Positions 13,616 to 27,540 are shown, counted from the whole stretch's first letter. The stretch is 63,778 bases of DNA, filler included, from Octopus bimaculoides (GCF_001194135.2; 6 parts of 5 records of this genome joined end to end with filler, not necessarily neighbours in it), one strand, 5' to 3'. Notes: generated by a model from the sequence alone, not told the origin. Translations and numbers: made by a program.

Positions 13616-13921
13616 TACACACACGCGCACGCAGACTGATAATAAAATAAGAAACGCATGTTCTTAATTTTCGCCGTCAAATGAAACGACATGAAAAAAA
13701 TTCCTTAGAAATTAAAATCTGGGGGCAAGGACCCGCCCTTTATAGTGGAGGAACAGTCGTACGACTTACCTCTTGCTACCCGTATCATCATCGTCAATAC
13801 TTTGAGTAGATACCTCACTAAATTCAAATTATTTATTTATTCAATATTTGCCTTTTGAATGATATTTGCTAACGTTTGCATGTATGTGACATGTGACTCT
13901 CTCTCTGCCCCGATCCCCACT

Positions 13922-13963
<42 letters not shown>

Positions 13964-14353
13964 AACTGCTCTCCCCAGTGTATACACATGTGTGTGTATT
14001 TTTTGCAGACATGTACGTCTGTGTGTGCACGCCTGTGTGTACGTGTATGCATGTGTGTGTGTGCCTGTGTGTGCCTGTGTGTACGTATATGTGTGTATGT
14101 GTGTCTGTGTGAGTACATGAAGTTTTGAATGTGTGGACGGATGATCAAATTTGCTGTATATTTCTCATTTCTTTTCTTATTTTTCTTTATTTTCTTCTTC
14201 TCCTCCTCTCCCTCTTTCTTTTTCTTAAGGAAAGGATTATTATTATTAATATCATCATCATCACCAACATCATTTTCATCATCAACACTATGATCATCAT
14301 TGTTATATTACTACCATTATTATTATTGTTGTTGTTGTTGTTATTTTTAGGAT

Positions 14354-14388
<35 letters not shown>

Positions 14389-14394
14389 TTGTTA

Positions 14395-14520
14395 TTAAGG
14401 CGACAAGCTTGCAGAATCGTTAGTACACCAGAGGAAATGATTAGCAGTATTTCGTCTGTTTTACGTTCTGAGTTCAAATTCCACGAGGTCCGCATAACTT
14501 TCATACTTTCGGGGTAGTGG
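14395..14520 (+). mobile_element. SINE family A, 3'-truncated
   Basis: GGCGACAAGCTTGCAGAATCGTTAG...CGTTCTGAGTTCAAATTCCACGAGGTC. Confidence 0.75.
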
Positions 14521-14569
14521 CAGGGGTAGTAGCGAAATATCTTAATATAATACAGCGCACACATTTAAA

Positions 14570-15020
14570 CTGATAGGGTTCATCAAAGACGTAGGCAGTA
14601 TTTCTCACCACTATCCATTGGATTTATCTGACACATGGTTCTCCTGGGATATTATCTATATGTTTTGACATCCTTTTCTTATCATACCTAGGAAACCCAC
14701 AATAAAAGAAGCAATTCTCGCTCTAAGATGCCCCATCTTTTCTATTTCAATTTCCAGCTTCCTATATTTACTTAATTTGTCAAATTCCCATACAGATATA
14801 TTTTTATCAGCGGGAGCACTTACATCTATTAGTCTACAAGTATTTTCTTCCCCTCATTTAATGACTATGTCTGGTCGATTAGCCTGGATCGTTCTTTCGG
14901 TGTTACCTAGAAAATTCCAGAGGAAAGTGACATTTGTACCTTCATCGACTAGCAAGGGATGATGTTCATTCCATTATGCAGGAGTGCTGATTTTGTAGTG
15001 TTTACATATTTTCCAATGTA
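14570..15020 (-). mobile_element. R4/Dong-clade LINE, restriction-like endonuclease domain remnant
   Basis: The minus strand translates HWKICKHY...TIQANRPDIVIK*...CRLIDVSAPADKNI...KLSKYRKLEIEI...IVGFLG, a PD-(D/E)xK RLE signature. Confidence 0.75.
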
Positions 15021-15199
15021 AATACAGTCCTTTCCTATCGGGGCGATATTTTGTATTCGTTTAGTGCCATTTTAGGACATTCCGAGAAGAGATGGCATAT
15101 TGTTTCCTCAAATGTATCGCAAAAACTACGTTTACAGTTAGAACCGTTTTAAAGAACGTTAGCCTGGCAGTTTTTCTTACGCAAAATTTGGCTTTGTGC

Positions 15200-15280
<81 letters not shown>

Positions 15281-15539
15281 GCCGTTGAGCTGGCAGAACT
15301 GTTAGCATACCGGATAAAATGCTTAACAGCATTTTGTCCGTCTCAACGTTCAATAATGTTGGTTCCCNNNNNNNNNNNNNNNNNNNNNNNNNNNNNNNNN
15401 NNNNNNNNNNNNNNNNNNNNNNNNNNNNNNNNNNNNNNNNNNNNNNNNNNNNNNNNNNNNNNNNNNNNNNNNNNNNNNNNNNNNNNNNNNNNNNNNNNNN
15501 NNNNNNNNNNNNNNNNNNNNNNNNNNNNNNNNNNNNNNN

Positions 15540-15572
<33 letters not shown>

Positions 15573-17753
15573 TACATACATATATACATACATGTGCGTG
15601 TGCATGTGTATGTATATGTAATTATTTATATACTTATATATATAAACGCACACACACACATATAGGTACGACTTGGTGCGCTCGACGCATGACGATTAAC
15701 CCACACAGGTTTCAGCTCTAACGTTAATCGCGTAAAATTCCCATCATTGCTTGCTCACAGCCGGTGTTGTATTCTAGGGTGGGTGTATGACGTAATATAA
15801 AGAGCATGACTAAACTACTATCAGAAAAGAATATAGGGATAACATGACGTTACTTTACATAATATCAATGTGTTAGCTCTATGTTTGTCCTCAAATCTGC
15901 ACCTACTGGTTGCATCTGCATAAAAGTGCCTTAGAATGAGAGTATACCAAGTATTGCCCATGTTCATTTCTCACTCTTATATATAAACATACGTACTTGC
16001 ATACATATATGCTCACATACTTGACTGCATATACGCACACACACACATATATATGTGTGTGTGCGTCTGAAGAAGCTGCAACCTTTCACGCAGAGAAATA
16101 GGCCCTAAATATATCTGCACATTACACATACAATCCGTAAGTGGAAAAGCAAAATTATGCAAGTCGTTCCTAGCATTGCACATCTACATCTACCGTTTGT
16201 TGTTGCTATCCAAATGCCGGCGATTTCTTTATGTTGCTCAGTTGGAAATCAACTCTCCCCTATTATGAATTATTCTAATGAGCAAAAGCAATGTAGAAAC
16301 ATTCATATGGCGCCGAATTAAAGGATTCATTACGGGGGTCAAACCGAATGCTTTATGTAATTTATTAGCGGTACGTGTTCAAATAACGCCGAGGTCAATA
16401 TTGCCCCGTGAGATAGATAAATTGCTAATCTAGTATAAACGTTGATTTCTTTCTCTTTTACATTTCTTTTCTTCTTTTTCTGCATTTCAATCTTTTCAAT
16501 TTACGTTTTGTCTCTAAATTTGATGGGACCTGGAGAAAGATGGGTGCCGCCAGGTTTTAATACTCAGGATACGCTGTATTTCATGACGGTGCCCCTACAA
16601 ATTCATCACAGTTTAAGATCCCAAAGCAAGGCACGGCGTACACATTCTTATAAATGCACACAGCTATTAGCATACTGATTTTGACAATCTTACATACATA
16701 AGTGCATACGAACATTCATACGTGTATACATAGTAGAAATAGAATACGTATATACATACGCGCACACATTCATACACACATATACGAAAACGTAGACACA
16801 TATTAATGCTTTCGTGAAGTGTGTGGTGAGGTGATCACGCGGGCGGCGATGTATGAGAGCATAAATGCGTGTGTATGTATATGAGTATGTGGAGTTTGGC
16901 CCATGTGCACATTACATGTATATTTCAGTGTGACGATTTATATTGATGTGCCTATATACATGTGTTTATTTAAAGGTAGAGTAAAATGGCGCTGTTTGTG
17001 TATACGTGAGCACATAGACACACACACAGACACAGGCACAGCCACACAAACACACATTCATGTTCATGCATAAAAGCATTCATACATACATACATACCTA
17101 CATAAACACATACATACATACGTATTTGTGTATGTGTTAGGAGGTGCGTTTGTGCGTGTAGATATACGTGTTTATGTGTGTGGCCTGTGTGCATGTGCTT
17201 GTGTGTGTGTGTGTATGTGTGTGTGTGTGTGTGTGTGAATGTACGTGAACTACAAATGACGTATTTTTCTATTGAACTTGTTTGCTAAATCTGTCTCGCC
17301 TGATTAAATCACACGAGGGAGAAAATGAATATAAATAAATAAATAAATAAGGGAACCCTTTTTCTCGTGCCCCCTTTTGCATAAAGGGGGTGGTTTGTTT
17401 CCTCTTACAGGAGAACTATTGCTGTGTTATACCTTTTTATATCTTTTTATACATTTTCATTGATTTCTTAATTTTTTCTTTTTTTTTTTCTTTTTAATTG
17501 CTGGTTTACATAGAAATTGTATGGCGACGCAGAGACAGTGAGGAGACAGCAGAAGAGAGCAATCTTAACTTGTGCCGCACCCTAAAGAGGTGCGCGTAGA
17601 CGCATTCTTACATCGAACTACACGCCCCGAACACAACACATATACATACATACATATATACACACATATGCATCTATGCAGATGACTCTGCGCTTGTGTG
17701 TGTGTTTTCGTTTGTTTGCATGTATGTGTTAGTAACTTTGTCGTGCTTGCGTG

Positions 17754-17792
<39 letters not shown>

Positions 17793-18334
17793 NNNNNNNN
17801 NNNNNNNNNNNNNNNNNNNNNNNNNNNNNNNNNNNNNNNNNNNNNNNNNNNNNNNNNNNNNNNNNNNNNNNNNNNNNNNNNNNNNNNNNNNNNNNNNNNN
17901 NNNNNNNNNNNNNNNNNNNNNNNNNNNNNNNNNNNNNNNNNNNNNNNNNNNNNNNNNNNNNNNNNNNNNNNNNNNNNNNNNNNNNNNNNNNNNNNNNNNN
18001 NNNNNNNNNNNNNNNNNNNNNNNNNNNNNNNNNNNNNNNNNNNNNNNNNNNNNNNNNNNNNNNNNNNNNNNNNNNNNNNNNNNNNNNNNNNNNNNNNNNN
18101 NNNNNNNNNNNNNNNNNNNNNNNNNNNNNNTATATATATATATATATACATACATATATATATATATATGTATACATACATACATACATACATACATATA
18201 TTATACGTGTGTGTATATGAATTTATGTATGAATATGAATATGTATGCGTCTTTATAAGTATATGCATGCATATATGTATATATGTATATAACTATGTAG
18301 ACATGGTTACACGCAGTATAACATCTATAACAAG

Positions 18335-20448
18335 GCAGTGACTTGGCAGAATTGTTAGGAAGCCGCTCAAAATCTTCATGCCATTTCTTTCGGTTATACG
18401 TTCTGAGTTCAACTTCCAAAGAGGCCGAATTTTATTTTACCAGTTGGCATCAATACTATAAGTACCAATTGAGTCCTGGTGTCAATGTAATCGACTAACG
18501 CCATCCCACATGATTTAAGGCATTCTATCTATTGCCGTGCATTGTTATACATCTAGAATTTTATCTAACTCCCGTAACGAATATATTTGTATGGTTGAAG
18601 AGTACGTTTTGCAATCAAGACATACCGGTTTCAATCTCACTCAATTTTATTTTGGACAAGTGAATTTCACTATAATTCCGCGAACTCCATCCACCACCCT
18701 AGTGTAATCATTATCACGGATACAGTCCAGAAGCATGTTAGTTGTTTGTGCCTGTGTTACAGATGTACAGCATATCAAGCACTACATCACACTGATTCTG
18801 GTTTAGAATTACTTTAAGCCAAAGAGATTTGATATAAGGAAATAGTTACAGTGTAATTTAATAAGAACGTAATTTACTAATTAAGTGCACGATGTCCATA
18901 AATCACCCCACATTTGGGTTTATTCGCATGTACCGCATACACAAACACTCAAATGTATGTCCACAGGAAAGAAATAACATTTCCAGTTATCCACGATCTC
19001 TCAAGACAATCTATGATATTCGCATTACGATATATTATTAATATATTAGGCTAGCAATATTCCGCTGAGATCGGCGTAACCTTTCACTTTTACGGGGTCG
19101 ATAAAATATGTACCAGTTGAACATGGGGTTCGATGTAATCAATTATTCGTCTCCCAGAAATTGCTAGCCTTATATCAAAATTTAAAACCGTTTTTACAGG
19201 CTATTGATGAGGAAATGTTAAAACATTTTGCCGCACCAATTATTAACTGATATACTTCTACTGTGTAACAGCATGAGTGCTTGTGAAGGCGGGAGCATGT
19301 CTATGTATATAGATATGGCTAATTATCATTACATACAGATTTTTGCGTACCAGTTGCCTGATCATAGTTTTGAACGTAACATCATTTCGTCCATTGTACA
19401 TTTTAGCCTTTCATTTTTGTACTCGATCTACTTGATTTACGTTCTGAGTTCAAATTCCGCAGAGGTCGGCTTTGCTTTTCATCCTTTCGGGGTCAATAAA
19501 TTATGTACCAGTTGCGTACTTGGGTCGATCTAATCGACTGCCCCCCCTGCCCCAAAATTTCGGGCCTTCTGCCTAGAGTAGAAAAGAATATTATTCCTAA
19601 TCTAAGGAGGCGAGCTGGCAGGAACGTTAGCACGCCGTGCGAAATCCTTAGCAGTATTTCGTCTGTCTTTACGTTCTGAGTTCAAATTCCGCAGACGCCG
19701 AGTTTGGCTTTCTTCCTTTCGGGGTCGATCAATTAAGTACTAGTTGCGATCTAATCTACTGGCCCCTGCCCCAAAATTTTAGGCCTTGTGCCTATAGTAG
19801 AAATGATTATTTAGTAGTAACAGCAGACACAAAAGCAGCACTACTGAATCCACCACCACCACAACCACAACCATCACTACCATCCGCTTTCGTGTGCCTT
19901 TTCCTATTTTTGTGTGTTATATCTACTTTACCGACCCATAGATGCAGCATCACAAATAAATTATTCGCTCATCACGCATCGTTTCCCCTCGAGTAACCCA
20001 TGATGAGTATGTGTGCATCTGTCTCCTTGTATCCTTCCTATAATCTCATCTATAAATAATTATCACTATTGCCCCTATATAAAGGTTCTAAAAATCTCAA
20101 ATAAAATAATAACGGTGCCTGATACCCCTATATCATTTTGTTGTTCATTTCTTCTTGCTATTTTAATACTTTCATTTATTTCTTTATTTAATTTATTTTC
20201 GTAACCTCGAGTTATTTAATATATATTTATTTATTTGTGTTACTAGAATTTTTCCTGGATACACAATGTCTATGAAATACGACTGAAAATTCCTCAACAC
20301 ACACACAAACACACACACGTGTGCGCACACACACACAAACTTACACAAACAAATGCACACATGTTTACAGACATTCAAGCATACACATGTATATATATAC
20401 ATATATAGATAGATAGATATACACAAATATATATATACATACAAACCC

Positions 20449-20488
<40 letters not shown>

Positions 20489-20950
20489 NNNNNNNNNNNN
20501 NNNNNNNNACACACACACACACATATAATAGAATAAGAAATAGGAAGTCCTTGATATAGTACTATGTATTTGAAAAAAATTAATAGAAACGGTTTTTGTG
20601 ACATTTCCACATTAATAATTAGATTTGTATAAGTTTTACTTACAAACATGCAATTATTAAAATGGGAAAATTATCAGAAAAGCCATTACTATACGTTTTT
20701 CGAAATCTATATATATATAATCTTAGGTCCTGGTAGAAATGCTGGAAGAAATGTTAGCGCGCAGGGCGAAATGCTTAACGCACTTTCGTCTGTCTTTACG
20801 TTCTCAGTTCAAATTCCGCCGAGGTCGACTTTTCCTTTCATCCTTTCGGGGTCCATAAATTAAGTAATAGTTGCGTACTGCGGTCGATCTAATCGACTGG
20901 CCCCTCCCACCCAAATTTAGGGTCTTGTGCCTAGAGTAGAAAACATTATT
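18335..20950 (+). mobile_element. Cluster of five same-strand family A SINEs (about 18335-18530, 19060-19190, 19435-19595, 19606-19812, 20730-20950)
   Basis: Repeated GAGTTCAAATTCC box B, TTTCATCCTTTCGGGGTC core and GGGCCTTGTGCCTAGAGTAGAAA-type tail. Confidence 0.8.
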
Positions 20951-21110
20951 TTGGGTATATATATGTGTGTGTGTATGTATATATATATTGTTGTACTTCG
21001 AGATGATCATTTTATTTATTATCATTATTATTACTTTGTTTATTGCCAAATAAACACACGCAAAATATATTCTTTTTTCTCCACTCGTTTATAATTGTTA
21101 CCTTATTATT

Positions 21111-21250
21111 TTAACGCCTGTCCATTGTCCAGAAATAACTTAGAAGAACGGAATGGAGTGAGTGGAGCAAGAACACACGGAAACGAAAGGTGTTGCTGAA
21201 GAGGTCACAGAAGTGTGACGACAAATTTCCGGACAATGGACAGGCATTAA
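21111..21250. mobile_element. 140-bp MITE bounded by TTAA
   Basis: TTAACGCCTGTCCATTGTCCAGAAAT (21111) and ATTTCCGGACAATGGACAGGCATTAA (ends 21250) are 26-bp inverted repeats with 2 mismatches. Confidence 0.7.
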
Positions 21251-21599
21251 AATTATAAAATAACAGTAATAAATGAGTGAAGAAAAAATACACAGGGCGT
21301 ATGTTTATTTGGCAAAAAAATAAATAAATTAAAAATAAATAATAATAATAAATACAATTACCATCCTGAAGTTCAGTATCTGTTTCAACACACGATTTCA
21401 CATCCGGAATCCTGCAAAACAAATTGATGAAAGTATAAATACATACATACATACATACATACATACATACATGCATACACCCCCCATATATATATATATA
21501 TACATAATTAAATGATTTAAACATTAAATGATAAATTCAATTCAATATAAGACTTTATTTATTAAACAAAGTTCAATAAATTTCTTCAAATAAATGAAA

Positions 21600-22370
21600 T
21601 GAAGCACATTAGATGTTAAAGGGGAATGTGTTTTTATTCCATAACCCTTAATTTTTTTCTGACAAAAGGGACCAAGATTTCCTCAAAGAAAATATCACAG
21701 AGGACGGTCAGCACAGGGACCAAGCCTCGGGGGAATGTTAAAGCTGATTCCAATGTCATTTGGTCAGTGCTCTTGAAAAATTTTCCACACTATCGAAATG
21801 ATAAAGTGCTCTCTGTAACTTTGGAATGGATGCTTTATTTTTATTTTTTCTCAAGATGATCCCAATAATCAATTCCTGTCATGGCATCTATTTTCCTTAT
21901 GATTAATCTCTGAGTGCTTCAATTTTTATATTTTGTTTTCTTTAGGAATACAACGGACAAGAATACTCACGGTGAAGGCGAACGACTGTAATGAAAAGAA
22001 CAATAATGGCAGGTGTGTCTCGAAACCGAAGATCCTTATGGACCATGTTGACATTATTGTTTATGTGAGCAGTCAAGTCTAAGTTGCCGATAGTTACTCC
22101 GAGGTCCCTTACAGTGTATGATGCGACTAGATTTTTGCCTCAGAGAAGAATGCATTGTAGTTTCAGGGCAGCCTCTTTACCTAGGTGGAATAATTCAAAT
22201 TTATTTTCTTTTACGTGCGTGTTGTTTTCTTCCGCCCGTAACATAACAGATCCGACTGTACATTAGTCCGGTCTCCTACCATGTCAGCAACATTCAGATG
22301 CCCAGGTAGATGACATCTGTTTTGGAGCCCTCGCCCAGAACCTTTAGGATGTCTTCAGATTGATGCAGCA
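21600..22370 (-). mobile_element. Degenerate CR1/L2-like LINE, RT C-terminal region
   Basis: Minus-strand fragments DRTNVQSDL, TVRDLGVTI, VVRLHREYSCPLYS, KIEAL and DYWDHL, with frameshifts between them. Confidence 0.6.
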
Positions 22371-23563
22371 GTTGTGCTCTGTGCATGTGTGAGTGTGCGT
22401 GTGTGTATGTGTGTCTATGTATGTATGTATGTATGTATGTATTAAAGCGAATGGTTTACACCTGGTAGCTTACTGGTAAAGTAAGATCACTTGCCATGGC
22501 AGTTATTTTTATTGACATCAAATAAATGAAAGGCACCTAACCCACCTGACCACAAAGCCACCCTCCTCCATCATTAATGTAAAATATTAAATCAACTATA
22601 AGAGTTACTGAACATTTTCTGTCTAACAAAGTTCACTGTATATGTCCTAGTCGACATGAGGCCACTGCGCATCATCTAGTGGTAAAACTGCGTGGCCCAG
22701 AGGCGGAGACGCGTAGCCTAATGTTTTGCGCGTTGGCCTCACAATCATAATATTTATGCGTTCAGTATATCAATCTGGTGGTGCGTTGAGACTGTTAGCA
22801 ATGCAATACCTTTCATGTGATTCCTAACCACTCCACTTTAAATGTGCTGCATTTGCTAGATGTGCTTTGCAAATTTTTAATCCAAAAACCAACAAAGCAA
22901 TATAGCAATGTCTCCCAATGGCTACCTATAACATTTGATGGCTCAAGAGGACTAAACAATAATGAATTCACTTACTTAAAAACGCCAATCCATTGTGCAT
23001 AGCCGATGTTAAGTGATGAGAGAATTCGATTGTATTAGTCGGAGAATTGAAACCAAGACCAAACAAGAAATCCAGTCAATAAAAGTATTTAGGGGAATAT
23101 CTATTATATACATTGTTCTTGACTAACTACGATGTCACAGAAACCTCAAGAAATATTTGTTACATACATAACAACGTAACGGGGAGGAAGAGTGGAATTT
23201 TGAAAGATACAACATTTTTAACAATTGTGATTCAAATTTTCTTTGAAATCAGAATTAAGGAAATATGGGTGGTGCTATTTCAAAATATAAAATTTAAAGG
23301 AATGTAATATAATAACAAGTACAGCTGCAGCAACATCAATAACAAGAACAACTACATTATCAACAGGAAGGACAACAAAAACACGATCTTCGTTATTTGA
23401 CGATATTACACAAACGAAAGGGTCAGCTAGGGTATGCATAACGTCATATGCAAAGACACACACACACACACACATACACACATACACATATACACTCACA
23501 CATACGCACACCATGCTTATTATGACATATCTACTCATGCCAGCATTTACACGCGTAAATATA

Positions 23564-23607
<44 letters not shown>

Positions 23608-23719
23608 TGCGTGTGTATATGCACATATAAACACATACACCTTCGATTATTTTCCTAAGATATTCAGTCATTATCACAATTGTTGTTGTTGCCGTCCTTG
23701 TTATTGTAGATAATATTAT

Positions 23720-23738
23720 CGTTCATGTTGTTGTTGTC

Positions 23739-23831
<93 letters not shown>

Positions 23832-24010
23832 ATTGTTATTATTATCATTATAATTATTATTATTATAATTGTTATTATTATCATTATAATTATTATNNNN
23901 NNNNNNATTATTATAATTGTTATTATTATCATTATAATTATTATTATTATAATTGTTATTATTATCATTATAATTATTATCACTATTATTATTATTATTA
24001 TTATTATTAA

Positions 24011-24061
<51 letters not shown>

Positions 24062-24080
24062 GGTTGTTGTTGTTGTTATT
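23720..24080. repeat. (ATT)n array containing a higher-order unit of about 36 bp
   Basis: AATTGTTATTATTATCATTATAATTATTATTATTAT occurs about four times around a 10-N gap. Confidence 0.85.
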
Positions 24081-24424
24081 AGTATTTTTACTGTTATTAA
24101 TGAATTAATAGAAATTTCGATTGAGAAAGTTTAAAAGAGAAGGGCGTGGTTTCAAGCGCGCGTTTTCATATGAACACGGCTCTTTCCAGATATTGTGAGT
24201 CGGGTAAGTATTGCAGCAAAGTTTACCGTGTGAGGCTTTGTGTTCCGTCTCTTTGTTAAAGTTTAAAATCCATACAGCACGCAAACCCATACCCACGTTC
24301 ATACACGTACACACGCGCACGCTAACACATGCATATGTAATTACATACGAGTGCGTGAGTAAGTTTGTATATCAATATATATATATAGAGAGAGAGAGAT
24401 AGACAGAGAGAGGCGGGAGAGGGG

Positions 24425-24462
<38 letters not shown>

Positions 24463-25654
24463 GGAGGGAGGGAAAGTGAGAAGCGACAGTTAGTAGATGT
24501 ATACCTGTGGATGTATATACAACTAAGAATACTCATGCAAACAAAAAACATTGTAAGGAATATACTTGAGAACGCAGAGTGATTTCTTCATTAGTGGTCT
24601 CATACATATAAGCACATATATATTTGTATGGATGGATATACATATATGTGCACGCACCTCTCTCGCTCTCTCCTCTTCTCTCTGAAAGAATATACATATA
24701 CATACATANNNNNNNNNNNNNNNNNNNNNNNNNNNNNNNNNNNNNNNNNNNNNNNNNNNNNNNNNNNNNNNNNNNNNNNNNNNNNNNNNNNNNNNNNNNN
24801 NNNNNNNNNNNNNNNNNNNNNNNNNNNNNNNNNNNNNNNNNNNNNNNNNNNNNNNNNNNNNNNNNNNNNNNNNNNNNNNNNNNNNNNNNNNNNNNNNNNN
24901 NNNNNNNNNNNNNNNNNNNNNNNNNNNNNNNNNNNNNNNNNNNNNNNNNNNNNNNNNNNNNNNNNNNNNNNNNNNNNNNNNNNNNNNNNNNNNNNNNNNN
25001 NNNNNNNNNNNNNNNNNNNNNNNNNNNNNNNNNNNNNNNNNNNNNNNNNNNNNNNNNNNNNNNNNNNNNNNNNNNNNNNNNNNNNNNNNNNNNNNNNNNN
25101 NNNNNNNNNNNNNNNNNNNNNNNNNNNNNNNNNNNNNNNNNNNNNNNNNNNNNNNNNNNNNNNNNNNNNNNNNNNNNNNNNNNNNNNNNNNNNNNNNNNN
25201 NNNNNNNNNNNNNNNNNNNNNNNNNNNNNNNNNNNNNNNNNNNNNNNNNNNNNNNNNNNNNNNNNNNNNNNNNNNNNNNNNNNNNNNNNNNNNNNNNNNN
25301 NNNNNNNNNNNNNNNNNNNNNNNNNNNNNNNNNNNNNNNNNNNNNNNNNNNNNNNNNNNNNNNNNNNNNNNNNNNNNNNNNNNNNNNNNNNNNNNNNNNN
25401 NNNNNNNNNNNNNNNNNNNNNNNNNNNNNNNNNNNNNNNNNNNNNNNNNNNNNNNNNNNNNNNNNNNNNNNNNNNNNNNNNNNNNNNNNNNNNNNNNNNN
25501 NNNNNNNNNNNNNNNNNNNNNNNNNNNNNNNNNNNNNNNNNNNNNNNNNNNNNNNNNNNNNNNNNNNNNNNNNNNNNNNNNNNNNNNNNNNNNNNNNNNN
25601 NNNNNNNNNNNNNNNNNNNNNNNNNNNNNNNNNNNNNNNNNNNNNNNNNNNNTG

Positions 25655-25753
25655 GAAAGAAGAAGAAGAAGAAGAAGAAGAAGAAGAAGAAGAAGAAGAA
25701 GAAGAAGAAGAAGAAGAAGAAGAAGAAGAAGAAGAAGAAGAAGAAGAAGAAGA
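25655..25753. repeat. Pure (GAA)n tract of about 100 bp, truncated by a gap
   Basis: Visible directly. Confidence 0.97.
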
Positions 25754-26588
25754 GGGAGGATTAATCTCCATTACCACGGTCATTGTTATTTTCAGCACAA
25801 AAGTCATTATAATATGTACTGAATATGTGTATGACTGCATACAGTAAAATTCTAATCACAAACCTATATTCAAGACTATTAATCAAATTACATTGTAACT
25901 TCAAAATTCCTACATTATTGGTGCCAAATATTCGTCAGCTACAAGATCTTATAACTGCTGTAGTGATATACAGAAGATGATATATTTTGATGATACAGTG
26001 TTTTTGCTTTTCTAGCATAAAATGTGGTTAATGTTCGGAGCAAAACCTCATGATATGTTAAATTTGTTAGACTGACTTATGTTCCCATAAAAATTTAATG
26101 TTTGAAAAGTTAACGTGCATGGATTAGACAAAATCATGAAGATACACCTTTTTATTTAAATACTTGTTCTATTGTCAATATGATAAATTCGAAATTGTTC
26201 TTATTTTCGTTACCCCTGAAACAGTTTCGTGTCCGGCATGCGACGTTTTCGACAGACTGTATTTGCATAAGTAAGCAGTTTTCAAGTCTCTGTGCGGGTT
26301 TTAGTTCATGGCATAGACCTGTGTTTTTCTTTGTTATAGGTATGACCTGCATGAACTGCAAGACACAAAATGGAGTTTTACTTAAATTATTTAATGTTTC
26401 TGGAGCTACACTCTCTAAACTCGTGTAGCCAATCCAAAACAAAGGTAAGCCTCTGTCTAGCAAAGATCAAAGAGGGGGACGACAGAATATTGAAACCTGT
26501 TGTGTATAGAGACCATCGGATTCAACAGAAAAATAACAGTTGAGCTAAATCACAACGTTTCCAACACAGGACCAACTGAGACCATTCG

Positions 26589-26823
26589 GAGGCGAGCTGG
26601 CAGAATCGTTAGCACGCCAGGCGAAATGCTTAGTGGTATTTCGTCTGCCACTACGTTCTGAGTTCAAATTCTGCCGAGGTCGACTTTGCCTTTCATCCTT
26701 TCAGGGTTGATAAATTAAGTGCCAGTTACGCACTGGGGTCGATGTAATCGACTTAATCCGTTCGTCTCTCCTTGTTTGTTCTCTCTATGTTTAGCCCCTT
26801 GTGGGCAATAAAGAAATAAGAAA
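26589..26823 (+). mobile_element. Full-length family A SINE (Tx1-like tail subtype) with a 16-bp TSD
   Basis: CAACTGAGACCATTCG occurs at 26573-26588 and 26824-26839. Boxes A and B are intact; the tail is ...GCCCCTTGTGGGCAATAAAGAAATAAGAAA. Confidence 0.92.
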
Positions 26824-27324
26824 CAACTGAGACCATTCGTCGTGAGCTCCATAAAGCTGCATAGCACAATAGGGCTACACTTGTTAAAACTCTTCAATTT
26901 ACCGTCAAGATTTTTAAACGGAAGAAATGGTATCTACTTCATCAGAAGTGATCAATGGTTGAATGTAATAATGTCATTTTCTCTGACGAACCACCATTCA
27001 CCATATTTTACAATTTAAGTCGAGTTATCTCGGGAGACAGGCTAAATAAGAATATTTGTTCCATGCTTTCACTACTGAGCTAATCCAACGTCCTCCAAAC
27101 ATTTATAATGATATTCTAACGGCTAGTATCTTTGTAAAATTTGTCGTATCCCAAATGCAGAAATCAAAATACAAAATACTTTTTCTGTTCGTACTCTTAC
27201 CTTCGAACCTCTGCACAACGCCTTGCAGTTTATGTAAAAGCTTTTGAAGATTTACTGCAGAGATTTCATTATATGCAAACACGAGTTTCATTGTTGAATG
27301 TTACAGGTTAATATTAGACTCATG

Positions 27325-27540
27325 GCTGAAGGCGGTGAGCTGACAAAGACGTCAGCACGCCGGGCGAAATGCTTAGTGGTATTTCATCTGTCTTTACGTT
27401 CTGTGTTCTCATTCTACGAGGTCAACTTTTCCTTCTGTAATTTCGGGGTTAATAAATTATGTACCAATTGCGTAAAGAGGACGATCTATTCGACTGGCTC
27501 CCTCCCCCAAAATTTTAGGCCTTCAACTTGGAGTAGAAAC
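27325..27540 (+). mobile_element. SINE family A (second tail subtype)
   Basis: GGCGGTGAGCTGACAAAG...GCACGCCGGGCGAAATGCTTAG head and CCCCAAAATTTTAGGCC...GAGTAGAAA tail. Confidence 0.75.

Noticed and set aside
16068-16110. CTGAAGA...GCAG-AGAAAT hammerhead-like motif (similar case at 21196)
   Set aside because: Helices I and III cannot be formed; the 21196 case lacks GAAA.
18335-20950. Regularly recurring conserved sequence suggesting a CRISPR-like array
   Set aside because: These are dispersed SINE copies with irregular spacing in eukaryotic DNA, with no cas genes.
21946-22012. Exon-like segment on the + strand (ttttctttag ... CAG|GTGTGT)
   Set aside because: It lies inside an antisense CR1-like LINE remnant, which explains the sequence.
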